Assembly (NCBI GenBank): GCA_049970495.1
Contig: JBMFMV010000027.1
Span: 1 to 21,854, forward strand
DNA: 21,854 nucleotides
Source of the DNA: a bacterium
Lineage (GTDB): Bacteria > DUMJ01
Direction of reading: 5' to 3'
Both the position numbers and the translations under genes were made by a program. Every line of letters starts with the position of its first letter. Positions within the stretch are counted from its first letter, which is position 1. This document shows, piece after piece, positions 9,963 to 19,124 of the stretch. The notes beneath the pieces were generated by a model, which was given only the letters and a program-made list of their open reading frames with translations, was not told where the DNA came from and did not search any database.

Positions 9963-10471
9963 AGGGCATCTCTGAATAAGAACCTCTGCTACTGCCGAAC
10001 CTAAACCACCCTTTATATTATGTTCTTCAACTGTAATAATAAATTTAGTCTTCTTAGCTGAGTTTATAATTAGCTCTTCATCTATAGGTTTGACTGTATG
10101 CATATCTATAACTCTAGCATATATACCTCTTTCTTTTAAAAGAATTCCTGTATCATAAGCAGCTCTTACGACTTCTCCAGTAGCAATTATAGCGACATCA
10201 TCACCATTTAGCAAGATATTGCCCTTCCCTATCTCAAATGGGATATCTCCTTGATTACTATACACATCTTCTACAGGATTTCTACCCATCCTTACATATA
10301 CAGGACCGAGACGAGTTTTCTAACTAATACCTTTGTCTGATTAATATCAGCCGGGAGTATAACAGTCATATTAGGGATAGCTCTCATAAAGGCTATATCT
10401 TCAAGTGCATGATGCGTAGAACCTAGAGGTCCATAACTAACCCCTCCGCTGACACCTATTAGCTTTACATT
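9963..10471 (-). pseudogene. Internal fragment of a split-transketolase beta subunit (AptB-like)
   Basis: [42 protein letters not shown] from 10471; frameshift near 10308; then [11 protein letters not shown]...DMHTVKPIDE...TVEEHNIKGGLGSAVAEVL. Both ends missing. Confidence 0.85.
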
Positions 10472-10519
10472 CCTAATGATAAAATTAATAAAAACTACTA
10501 TACAAAGAAGGAGGGCTTT

Positions 10520-11947
10520 ATGTCAGATGCTGTAGAAAAATGGGGGATATTTGAGTTAACTTTGAATGGTCCTTCTGAAGGGAACCTTTTCTTAGACGTA
10601 AATATTAGCACAAGGTTTAGGTTTAAGAATAAAGAGATATTTACAGAAGGATTCTACGATGGTAATGGCATCTATAAGATAAGATTTATGTCCGATTCAG
10701 AGGGCGAATGGAGCTTTATAACCTCAAGTAACTGTAGTAAACTAGACGGGATAGAAGGCAAGTTTATATGTATCCCCCATCTCCTAATAATCACGGACCG
10801 GTAAGAGTAGTAAATACCTATCACTTTGCTTATGAAGATGGAACTCCTTACTATCCAATAGGCACTACTTGTTATGTATGGATACATCAAGGAGAAGAAC
10901 TAGAGAGACAGACTTTAGAAACCCTAAAAATTCTCCTTTTAATAAACTCAGGATGCGTATATTCCCAAAGCACTATGAATTCAATAAAAATGAGCCGGTA
11001 TATTATCCATTCGAAGGGTCCTTAGAAAGAGGATGGGACTTTACTAGATTCAATGTAGAATTTTTTAGACACTTAGAACAGAGATTAAAGGAATTGCAGG
11101 GACTTAATATAGAGGCAGACCTTACCCTCTTTCGCCCATACGATAGATGGGGATTTTCAAATATGGGACATGAGGCAGATGATAGATATCTAAAATATGT
11201 TATAGCAAGACTCTCTGCATTTAGAAATGTCTGATGGTCACTAGCAAATGAGTACGATATAATAAAAACTAAAACAATCTTAGACTGGGGAAGATTTGCC
11301 AAGATTATAGTAGAGAAGGACCCTTATCAGCATTTAAGATCAATTCATAACTGTAGAGTTATATACGATTTTACAAAACAATGGGCGACACATTGTAGTA
11401 TCCAGAGGATAGATTGGTATAAGACTGCAGAGAACACAGATCTTTGGAGAGAAATTTACAAAAAACCATAGTTATAGACGAATGTGCCTATGAAAGAAAT
11501 ATCCATAGAGGATGGGGAAGTATAACTGGCGAGGAGATGGTGCGTAGATTCTAGGAAGGATATGTCAGAGGAGGATATGTAGGACATGGTGAAACCTATG
11601 TGCATCCAGAAGATATACTCTGGTGGTCAAAGGGAGGAAAATTCTCCGGCAAGAGTCCTGAAAGGATAGCTTTCTTGGAAAAGATAATGGAAGAGGGACC
11701 CCCTTATGGGATTAATCCTATAAGGATGGATACAGATATCCCCTATGGAGGGATAGAAAATAAATACTATATCTTCTATCTAGGTTTTAACCAGCCAGCA
11801 TATAGGATTTTCAAGATGCCTACTGGAGTAAAATTTAAAGTAGATATTATTGACACCTGGAATATGACAATAGAGGAAGTCCCAGATGTATACGAAGGAA
11901 CATTTAGAATAGACCTTCCAAGTAAGCCCTATATAGCGGTAAGGATG
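10520..11947 (+). pseudogene. DUF5060-DUF4038-DUF5605 apiosidase-like glycoside hydrolase, disrupted
   Basis: Four ORF-track pieces plus intervening sequence join into one protein: [116 protein letters not shown]. Frameshifts near 10776, 10928 and 11466; nonsense codons TGA 11232 and TAG 11552. RBS GAAGGAGGG and TGnTAAAAT (10477-10485) retained. Confidence 0.85.
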
Positions 11948-11949
11948 GG

Positions 11950-12577
11950 GGCAATCGCAGGGCAAACTAGTGCATAGATATAATGTTTATCAATAAATTT
12001 TCCGATAACTGGAGTTATAGGGGACTCACATGCAGCGCTCTTTGGACAGATGTGTTCCGAAAAGGGTATGACAAAAGCAACCTATGGGACTGGTTCTTCA
12101 ATTATGATAAATATAGGAGAAGAACCTCTCATCCCTTCAACTGGAATAGTAGGTTCTATAGGGTGGATTCTTAAAAAGAATAAAAGTTACGTCCTAGAGG
12201 GTAACATAAATTATACAGGAGCTACAATAAAGTGGCTAGTAGAAAATCTAGGGCTTATTTCAGACCCAAAAGAGTCAGGTATTATTGCAAGTTCAGTTGA
12301 AGATAGCGGAGGAGTCTATCTTGTCCCTGCCTTTGTAGGGCTTGGTGCTCCATACTGGGATAGCAAGGCTAGGGCTATAATAATAGAAGAGTTATCTGCC
12401 CTAGGCTCTGCCTTTATCGCCGGATTAACAGTAGGCTTGTGGAATAATCTTGAAGAATTAAAACCATTAAGAGAGATAGACAGAATATTTATACCTAAGA
12501 TGGAACAAGAGGAAAGAGAGAAACTATATGAGGGGTGGAAACAGGCAGTAAGGCGTAGTCTAAGTAAAAATCTTTGA
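11950..12577 (+). pseudogene. 3' remnant of an FGGY/glycerol-kinase-like sugar kinase (apulose kinase AplK-like)
   Basis: FPITGVIGDSHAALFGQ, KATYGTGSSIM, YVLEGNI, GVYLVPAFVGLGAPYWDSKARAII joined directly to IEELSALGSAFIAG. The RA-x-LE/DGG/QFQAD segment expected between them is missing (deletion near 12382), as is the N-terminal domain. Left boundary approximate. Confidence 0.8.
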
Positions 12578-12632
12578 TTATGTGATAAAATATTAACTGT
12601 TAAAGCATCTTAAATATACGGAGGAATCTTAT

Positions 12633-14411
12633 ATGAAATATCTAATTAGACTAGTAAAAATTGCTAGACCTTATTGGAAGTATTTAATAGTTGCTGGTAT
12701 CAGTAACCTAACCATAACCGGGATAAATTTATTGGGTCCTTGGTTAGCGAGGTTACTTATTAACGTCATTACAAATCTTGAACAGTATCCAGATGCAAAG
12801 AGGTATATAATAAGGCTCTCCCTCATTCTTGTAGCTTCTTATGTAGCTAGAATAATATTTCAGTTCTTAGCCAGCTATTTATCTCACTATGCCGCCTGGC
12901 ATCTGGTAGCACATATGAGAGGTCTAGTATATGATAAACTCCAACAGCTATCATTCAGATTTTTCCAAGACAAGCAGACGGGACAGCTTATGTCAAGGGT
13001 AGTAAATGATACAGCCAATTTCGAATCGTTAATTGCTCATGCTGTACCAGACTTATTTACAAATGCCCTTATTATCCTTGGAGTTATGATTATACTGTTT
13101 ATAGTAAATCCAACTTTGGCACTTTTATCGCTTCTTCCTATCCCATTCTTAGTATATACCGGAACAAGATTTGCCAAACGTGTACTACCTAATTTTAGAG
13201 AAGCGCAGAGGGCTCTTGCAGATTTAAATGCAGACTTGCAGGATAACATATCTGGTATTCGTGAGATACAATTGTTTAATCAGCAAAAGAGAGAATTAAC
13301 CAAGATACAGAATAAAGTCTATAGGCATATACAGGCACTCCTAAATGCATTGAGACTAAGTGCTATTTTTCATCCAACAGTAAGTTTTCTAAGCTCTATT
13401 GGAACAGTAATTGTCTCTTCTGTTGGTGGAATTATGGCAGTAGATGGGAAGATTTCGGCAGGAGATATAGTAGGTTTTATGCTCTATCTAAATATGTTTT
13501 ACTTTCCAATTACGGCCCTTAGTCAAGTAATAGAGAATATTCAACAAGCTCTAGCCGGTGCTGAAAGAGTATTCGAAGTATTAGACACAGAGTCAGAGAT
13601 TAAAGAAAAACCCAATGCAATTGAACTTAAGAATGTCAAAGGAAAAGTAACATTTGAGAATGTGAGCTTTTCTTATGACAAAAAAGTTCAGGTTTTAAAA
13701 AATATCTCTTTTAATGTAGAACCTGGACAGATGGTTGCATTTGTAGGACCAACCGGTGTAGGAAAGACTACTATAATGTATCTCTTAGTTAGATTTTTTG
13801 ATCCAGATTCTGGAAGTATAAAGATAGATGATATAGATATTAGAGATGTTACCCTAAAATCGCTACATGAGAATATAAGTATGGTAATGCAGGATGTCTT
13901 TTTGTTTAATGGAACTATAGCAGAAAATATTGCTTACGGTAAAGAAGATGCTACTATGGATGAGATAATAAACGCTGCAAAGATAGCCTGTGCCCATGAC
14001 TTTATTATGGAACTACCCGACGGATACAATACCTACATAGGTGAAAGAGGGGTCAAACTATCAGGTGGACAGAAACAGAGATTAGCAATTGCTAGAGCTG
14101 TCTTAAAGAATGCTCCTATATTAATACTAGATGAGGCAACCTCATCTGTAGATACAGAAACAGAGAATAAGATTCAAGAAGCAATAAATAATCTTGCAGG
14201 AACAAGAACGATTCTCATTATAGCCCATAGATTATCCACTGTAAGAAGAGCAGATAGAATTATTGTATTAAAGGAAGGAGAGATAGTAGAAGAAGGGACT
14301 CACGACGAACTTCTTGCTTTAAAAGGCTTATACTATCATTTAAACTCCGTTCAGTTTGTAGAGCAAGAACTATTCAATTCCAAGAAAGTAGAAGCCATGG
14401 AGGAAACTTAA
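12633..14411 (+). CDS. ABC exporter, fused permease/ATPase (MsbA/MdlB-like)
   Basis: 592 aa; N-terminal transmembrane domain, Walker A GPTGVGKT, signature LSGGQKQR, Walker B ILILDEATS, H-loop IAHRL; RBS GGAGG. Confidence 0.95.
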   Translation: MKYLIRLVKIARPYWKYLIVAGISNLTITGINLLGPWLARLLINVITNLEQYPDAKRYIIRLSLILVASYVARIIFQFLASYLSHYAAWHLVAHMRGLVYDKLQQLSFRFFQDKQTGQLMSRVVNDTANFESLIAHAVPDLFTNALIILGVMIILFIVNPTLALLSLLPIPFLVYTGTRFAKRVLPNFREAQRALADLNADLQDNISGIREIQLFNQQKRELTKIQNKVYRHIQALLNALRLSAIFHPTVSFLSSIGTVIVSSVGGIMAVDGKISAGDIVGFMLYLNMFYFPITALSQVIENIQQALAGAERVFEVLDTESEIKEKPNAIELKNVKGKVTFENVSFSYDKKVQVLKNISFNVEPGQMVAFVGPTGVGKTTIMYLLVRFFDPDSGSIKIDDIDIRDVTLKSLHENISMVMQDVFLFNGTIAENIAYGKEDATMDEIINAAKIACAHDFIMELPDGYNTYIGERGVKLSGGQKQRLAIARAVLKNAPILILDEATSSVDTETENKIQEAINNLAGTRTILIIAHRLSTVRRADRIIVLKEGEIVEEGTHDELLALKGLYYHLNSVQFVEQELFNSKKVEAMEET

Positions 14412-14518
14412 GGTTCTTCGAAGAGTCCATAGCCTAAACTCGTCTTTGCTCCAACTCCAAACTTTGTTAAAACTTCTTTTAGCCAATCTAAAGCTTTGTT
14501 TAGTAAAGCGCCATTTCT
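14408..14518 (-). pseudogene. cmr6: C-terminal relic of type III-B RAMP protein Cmr6
   Basis: Manual translation RNGALLNKALDWLKEVLTKFGVGAKTSLGYGLFEEP*. G-[IV]-GAKT-x-x-GYG-x-F is the Cmr6 terminal G-rich loop. No start codon or RBS; its stop overlaps the ABC gene stop (TTAA). Confidence 0.8.
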
Positions 14519-14520
14519 AC

Positions 14521-15741
14521 TTATGCAACAGTTACTTTAATCTGAGGGAAATCGAACTTTCTATAGATATCCTCAAGGTTAAAGCTTCCCAACTTTTGAA
14601 CAAACTTCTTCAAGAGATTAAAGAACTTTTCTGCTGTCTCTCCCTCAATAGGCTTAAAACCATGAGCTAATATTGAGGAATTCCTTACACTGAGTAATTT
14701 TTTAACTTCTTCATCGTCACAAATTTCTATGCCTATCTCATCGTTTAATTCTTTTAATAATTTAGCTGAAGCTTCTAAGCCGCAAGGCTTACTGTATTCA
14801 TTTCTTAGATATTCAGGAATCTTAGATAAATCTATCCTTGATGTGTCGAATTTATCATTTGATTTCACGTATAAGTTCCTCTCTGCCAATATAAACTGAA
14901 GGACATACTCTATTAGTCTATAAAGTCTTGCAACGCAATCATCATATTTACCGTCTAATAATCTTCTTTCGGCATTTTTAAGTAAATCTAACGCCTTTTC
15001 TATAGAAAATTGCTCTTTATTAATCTTATAAAGCAATTCTTTATGCCCCTCTATTCTAGATTTTATCTCCCAGTTAGTAATTAAGGTCATTTCTTCTTTT
15101 GATAAACCTTTTAATATTTCAAATGCCTTACTATGATTAAATAAATCCCAACTTAAATAAGCATCACAGAGTTTAATTAGTAAACTCGCTTTTTCTCGAA
15201 TGCTATCTTCCTCATATGTTTCAATGACTGTTTCAAAAAGCTTTTTAGCCGATTCAAACAGACGCTCATTGAAATATTTAATACCTTCTAAATATAATTT
15301 TCTAGCATAAATCTGGGTAGGGCTGAAAGATATTACCCTTTCATTACCAGGAATGACTCTTCCAGAATCATCACGCCTTCCAGCGATATATGAGATATTA
15401 TTTACTTCATTCTCTATTGCTGATAGAATAATACCTGCAGACATTGCTTTGGTGCCAGAAGTATAATCAACTATTATATAACTCTCCTTTTCCCTCTTTA
15501 TTTTTCTAATCTCTTCATCGCATCTCTGTTTTATTAATTCAAGGTCATTTTCATCTTCAAAAACTACTATCTCAAAATCCTTAAATTTTCTTTCAATAAA
15601 AGGGATAGTTTCTTCTTTACTTTTATAAGTACAGAAAAATATTACCTTGTCAGGATTATGAATTTCAATGCTTTTTAAGATTGCATTAGCTATATCTTCT
15701 CTATTTCTTCCTGTCCCCACTGTTATAAACATATAATTCAT
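14521..15741 (-). CDS. csm6: Csm6-like CARF-HEPN ribonuclease (TIGR02710/Cas_Cas02710-like), cOA-activated effector
   Basis: 406 aa; CARF motifs FITVGTG and VDYTSGTKAMSAG; helical middle region (AYLSWDLFNH, ARLYRLIE); HEPN R-x6-H motif RNSSILAH. Confidence 0.85.
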   Translation of the reverse strand: MNYMFITVGTGRNREDIANAILKSIEIHNPDKVIFFCTYKSKEETIPFIERKFKDFEIVVFEDENDLELIKQRCDEEIRKIKREKESYIIVDYTSGTKAMSAGIILSAIENEVNNISYIAGRRDDSGRVIPGNERVISFSPTQIYARKLYLEGIKYFNERLFESAKKLFETVIETYEEDSIREKASLLIKLCDAYLSWDLFNHSKAFEILKGLSKEEMTLITNWEIKSRIEGHKELLYKINKEQFSIEKALDLLKNAERRLLDGKYDDCVARLYRLIEYVLQFILAERNLYVKSNDKFDTSRIDLSKIPEYLRNEYSKPCGLEASAKLLKELNDEIGIEICDDEEVKKLLSVRNSSILAHGFKPIEGETAEKFFNLLKKFVQKLGSFNLEDIYRKFDFPQIKVTVA

Positions 15742-15750
15742 ATTTTCCTC

Positions 15751-16878
15751 TTATTCTCTTACTATTCCGCATCCTCCTATAGGATAGTATCTCTCTCCTA
15801 TTTTTACAACCCATCTGGTAGATGGATAAAGCTTGGGGTCTATATCTGTCTTTATTATTTTGAACGTCTTAAAGGAAGCTTCAGGTATAAAATACCCTAG
15901 AGAATTGAAATAATAGGTCTTGCCAAATCCAATCGGAATATATAGAGTCTTATTCTGTGGATTTTTCAATAATTTCTGCACTTCCTTATAATAGTTTATG
16001 AGGCTATCAAATACTTCTAAACCTTCTTTCCTAACACTTTTTAATCTTTCAAGAATTTCTATCTCTTTATCTACAAGTTTAGTAGAATAAATTTTTAATG
16101 CTATCCAGATATTATTCTCCTTGTCTTTATCACTTAAAAATTCCTTCCAGTATACTGGTATATCATCTTTTTCGCTAACCTTGACTATTATCTCAGTAGA
16201 AAAATCTTTCTTATTTGGAATTGCAATAATATATTGATATAAACCTTGGCCTCTATCCCTTCTTTGAGCTTTCTGAGGAAGCCTCTCTATCCTATATAAT
16301 GCCAAATCTGAGACGGGAATTCCATCCGTATCTCTGACGATTATAAATCTCATAGTGTCTGTTTCCATTCTTTTAATTTCTACTCTTAGAATGTCTTCTC
16401 CAATGTATACATTCTTTTTACTAGTGTATACATCTTTTTTGCTTAGTAATTCCTTTTGGATATCTTTATTATTTTCTAAGTAGTAGAATAACAATGCATT
16501 TCTGATAATCCCTTTTAGAGTACTTCCTGGTATATATGCTTTTTCATCAGTTATCATGGGAAGATAGATACTTCTTCGTCGCTCTTTATCTATGTCACTT
16601 TTTATCTTTATGGAATATTTTATTACTTGATTAATATCAATCTCTTTCCTTCTTAGAAAGTCTTCAATAGTCTTATTATCACTTAATATAAGCGAAGAAA
16701 GTTCAGTTATTAAAGGTCTTGGGTCTTCAAATCGCTTTTTGAATATATTTATCAATTTATCCTTATCTATTATCTTTAGCTCCTTATTTACAGAGTCAAT
16801 TATACATTCATTAACATTGGATATCTCTTCTCCGCTTCTTACCAAAATAGGGGTTATAGTCCTTATCCTAATCTTCAT
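15751..16878 (-). CDS. csm5: Type III-A RAMP protein Csm5
   Basis: TITPILVRSGE, YIPGSTLKGIIRNAL, IGFGKTYY; position after csm4. Confidence 0.88.
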   Translation of the reverse strand: MKIRIRTITPILVRSGEEISNVNECIIDSVNKELKIIDKDKLINIFKKRFEDPRPLITELSSLILSDNKTIEDFLRRKEIDINQVIKYSIKIKSDIDKERRRSIYLPMITDEKAYIPGSTLKGIIRNALLFYYLENNKDIQKELLSKKDVYTSKKNVYIGEDILRVEIKRMETDTMRFIIVRDTDGIPVSDLALYRIERLPQKAQRRDRGQGLYQYIIAIPNKKDFSTEIIVKVSEKDDIPVYWKEFLSDKDKENNIWIALKIYSTKLVDKEIEILERLKSVRKEGLEVFDSLINYYKEVQKLLKNPQNKTLYIPIGFGKTYYFNSLGYFIPEASFKTFKIIKTDIDPKLYPSTRWVVKIGERYYPIGGCGIVRE

Positions 16879-16893
16879 ATCTTTTTCCCTTCC

Positions 16894-17886
16894 TTATGAA
16901 AATTTAAAACTAAGAGATTTTCCATAAGATATTACCCTCATATCTTCTCTAGGAGACACATTAATATTTTCTCCTAAATACGGTGATCTTACCAGGGCTC
17001 CTTCCTTTATTTTGAAATGAGTCTTTTTCCTAAAACTAGTAGCTTTTTGATAGTAGATAAAACCGTCTCTCTTAGCAAGTTGATAGTAAATAAGATTCCT
17101 TACATCTTCTTTTCTAGGTAAGGTGAGTGACAGTGTAATCTCAAAGTCGCCACTATCTGGTAGATCTAGGTCTTCTATTTCATAGTAATCAAATATACCT
17201 TTTCCTGTAGTCCTTTCTCCACCGATCCCTTCTTCTATGAATAGATTCAAAACTGGAATAAATATACTATCTAATTCACTATCTTTGACCTTTAGAAAAT
17301 ATAAAAATGGGATTAATTCCTTATCTTTAGATATCTTTACAGGATATAATCCTAGGTTTTCCTGAAAATATAGGCTAGGTTCTTGAGTATTTCTTGACAG
17401 GAAGACTTTGGGTTCTAATATAGTGTCTATAAAGTTAACCTCTTCTTTTATTTCTTCAAATTCAAGTCTTGTAATTAGAGATTTTGAATTTAGAAGTACA
17501 AACTTTTCAGTTGAATCTAATTTTATTACCCTACTTTCTTTATCGAAGTCTTCTACAAGTAACTTAAATGCCTCAAAAGATGCCCATTGTATCTTTTTAT
17601 ACCTCTTATATTCCGTTAATTCCTCTATCCTTAAAGGGATACTAGGCATTGGTAAAAACAATATTTCACTAATAGGTCCTTTTAATCCTAGGAATAGAGA
17701 CGACAGTATTATCTTTTCTTCAAAAATATCAAACTCTTTTTCTCCAAGAAGCTTTATAAGTGCATTACTTAGGGCGGAAAAGAGGGTATCTGAATGAATG
17801 ATAGTAGAAGTTCTGTCCATCCTCCTTAACCCAATATGTAATAGGATAGGGTCGTTTTTAAAAAACTTAACTATTTCTAACTTCAT
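16894..17886 (-). CDS. csm4: Type III-A RAMP protein Csm4
   Basis: IIHSDTLFSAL, LSSLF..LFLPMP, G-loop GIGGERTTGKGIF; ATGA overlap with csm3. Confidence 0.9.
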   Translation of the reverse strand: MKLEIVKFFKNDPILLHIGLRRMDRTSTIIHSDTLFSALSNALIKLLGEKEFDIFEEKIILSSLFLGLKGPISEILFLPMPSIPLRIEELTEYKRYKKIQWASFEAFKLLVEDFDKESRVIKLDSTEKFVLLNSKSLITRLEFEEIKEEVNFIDTILEPKVFLSRNTQEPSLYFQENLGLYPVKISKDKELIPFLYFLKVKDSELDSIFIPVLNLFIEEGIGGERTTGKGIFDYYEIEDLDLPDSGDFEITLSLTLPRKEDVRNLIYYQLAKRDGFIYYQKATSFRKKTHFKIKEGALVRSPYLGENINVSPREDMRVISYGKSLSFKFS

Positions 17887-18644
17887 TTTGAGTTCCCCTT
17901 TAGATTCTCTTCTACTGTCTTAGACAGCTTAGCAATATCTATATTATTAAGACCTTTAGGTTCAGTTTCTATAGGAATTCTTTCATTCTTCTCTATGTAG
18001 CATTTAATATTTTTAACATAAAATCCTAAGTTATCAAATCTTACATGCCCGTAACCTCTTGTTCCACTACCACCTAAATAATCATCTTCTAAAAGTCTCA
18101 AACCTTCTATGAATGACCCTATTAGTGAGTCAAATTGGTCATTCTCATAAAAGCTTATACTACTAGAGAATTTAAACTTAGCTCCAGCAGGGACTCTTTC
18201 CGTAATCCTTGGTTGTGCTGTTCCTTTAATCCTGTCTATAATGTTCTCTGTTTTTTCTTCTGTATACGAGATATCTTCGACATTATTTTTTAAGACCTCT
18301 TCTATGAAATGTCTTTCATCTAGATATGAGTCTCTAATTATGAGTCTTGAGATAGTTCTATTTTTATTGGAGTGTGCCCCAAATAGTAGGCATATATTAC
18401 ATTTTCCACAACCACAGGGTTCACCTTTACCTTTTTCAGACTGAAAACCATGCTTTCTCTCTAGAAGACATCTTACTTTTCCCTTCAAAGAAGACCCAGG
18501 TATATACGGAATCCCTCTAATTGTCTTAATTATTGGATTATCCAGCCCTCCAATCTCTCCTGTCTCTTTTGAGCCACCTATATGAAGCCCTGTAAGTAGA
18601 ATAATTTCGCCTTCTATGAATAACTTACCAATGAATTTCTCCAT
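17883..18644 (-). CDS. csm3: Type III-A backbone RNase Csm3
   Basis: LTGLHIGG..EIGGLDNPIIK (catalytic Asp present), PYIPGSSLKGKVR, EEKTENIIDR..TAQPRITERVPAG, LEDDYLGGSGTRGYG. Confidence 0.95.
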   Translation of the reverse strand: MEKFIGKLFIEGEIILLTGLHIGGSKETGEIGGLDNPIIKTIRGIPYIPGSSLKGKVRCLLERKHGFQSEKGKGEPCGCGKCNICLLFGAHSNKNRTISRLIIRDSYLDERHFIEEVLKNNVEDISYTEEKTENIIDRIKGTAQPRITERVPAGAKFKFSSSISFYENDQFDSLIGSFIEGLRLLEDDYLGGSGTRGYGHVRFDNLGFYVKNIKCYIEKNERIPIETEPKGLNNIDIAKLSKTVEENLKGNSK

Positions 18645-18656
18645 TATTCTCCCTCC

Positions 18657-19121
18657 TTAATCCTCTTCATAGTATTTTTGATATGCTACAAGTGCTTCAG
18701 CAAATTTTTTGATATTACGTATATCCTCATCATTCTTTGCCCTCTCTATTACATCTTTAAATATGATGTATATCTTTCCTAAATCTTTTCTTGACCTTGC
18801 AGAAGTCTCTCTGCCAACCATATAAGCTAAATATGGTATTTGAAGAAGTAACTGATTCAAGGTACTAGACTTTTTAATAAGTTCATAGATCTTTCTCATC
18901 TTACTAGAGGTTATAGCCTTAGATTGTGTTAAAATTCTAATAAATTCCTTAATTCTATCATTTATATCTATAAATACAGCAGAATCTAAACTTGTGAAGT
19001 TTAAAATATTCTCTACATAATCACCCAAATTTTCTTTTATCTCTTCTCTTAGCTCATCTTCATCAAAACCTCTTTTCTGACTTTGTCCCCCAAAACTTCT
19101 ATTTACTGTTCTATTTTCCAC
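18657..19121 (-). CDS. csm2: Type III-A small subunit Csm2
   Basis: 154 aa; TSSKMRKIY, PYLAYMVGR, FAEALVAYQKYY; between cas10 and csm3; GTG start. Confidence 0.9.
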   Translation of the reverse strand: MENRTVNRSFGGQSQKRGFDEDELREEIKENLGDYVENILNFTSLDSAVFIDINDRIKEFIRILTQSKAITSSKMRKIYELIKKSSTLNQLLLQIPYLAYMVGRETSARSRKDLGKIYIIFKDVIERAKNDEDIRNIKKFAEALVAYQKYYEED

Positions 19122-19124
19122 TTT

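Noticed and set aside
11232..11554. TGA/TAG at probable Trp positions as recoding or an alternative genetic code
   Set aside because: The same gene has three frameshifts, and intact genes here use TGA as a normal stop (for example ROK and csm3).
10672..12174. Short ORFs 10672-10890, 11003-11302, 11780-11965 and 11983-12174
   Set aside because: Antisense or off-frame to the pseudogene remnants.
12050..12577. 175-aa ORF as a functional glycerol kinase (glpK)
   Set aside because: Lacks the N-terminal domain and an internal conserved block; motif is GDSH rather than GDQQ.
12633..14411. ABC exporter as a CRISPR ancillary gene
   Set aside because: Convergent orientation, ordinary exporter architecture and no CARF/SAVED domain.
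9419..14520. Mobile element as the cause of the rearrangements
   Set aside because: No transposase or integrase fragment, terminal inverted repeats or target-site duplications recognised at the junctions.
13037..18444. Short ORFs 13037-13249, 14446-14670, 16739-16927, 17408-17797 and 18241-18444
   Set aside because: Antisense shadows of the ABC exporter, cmr6 relic and csm genes.
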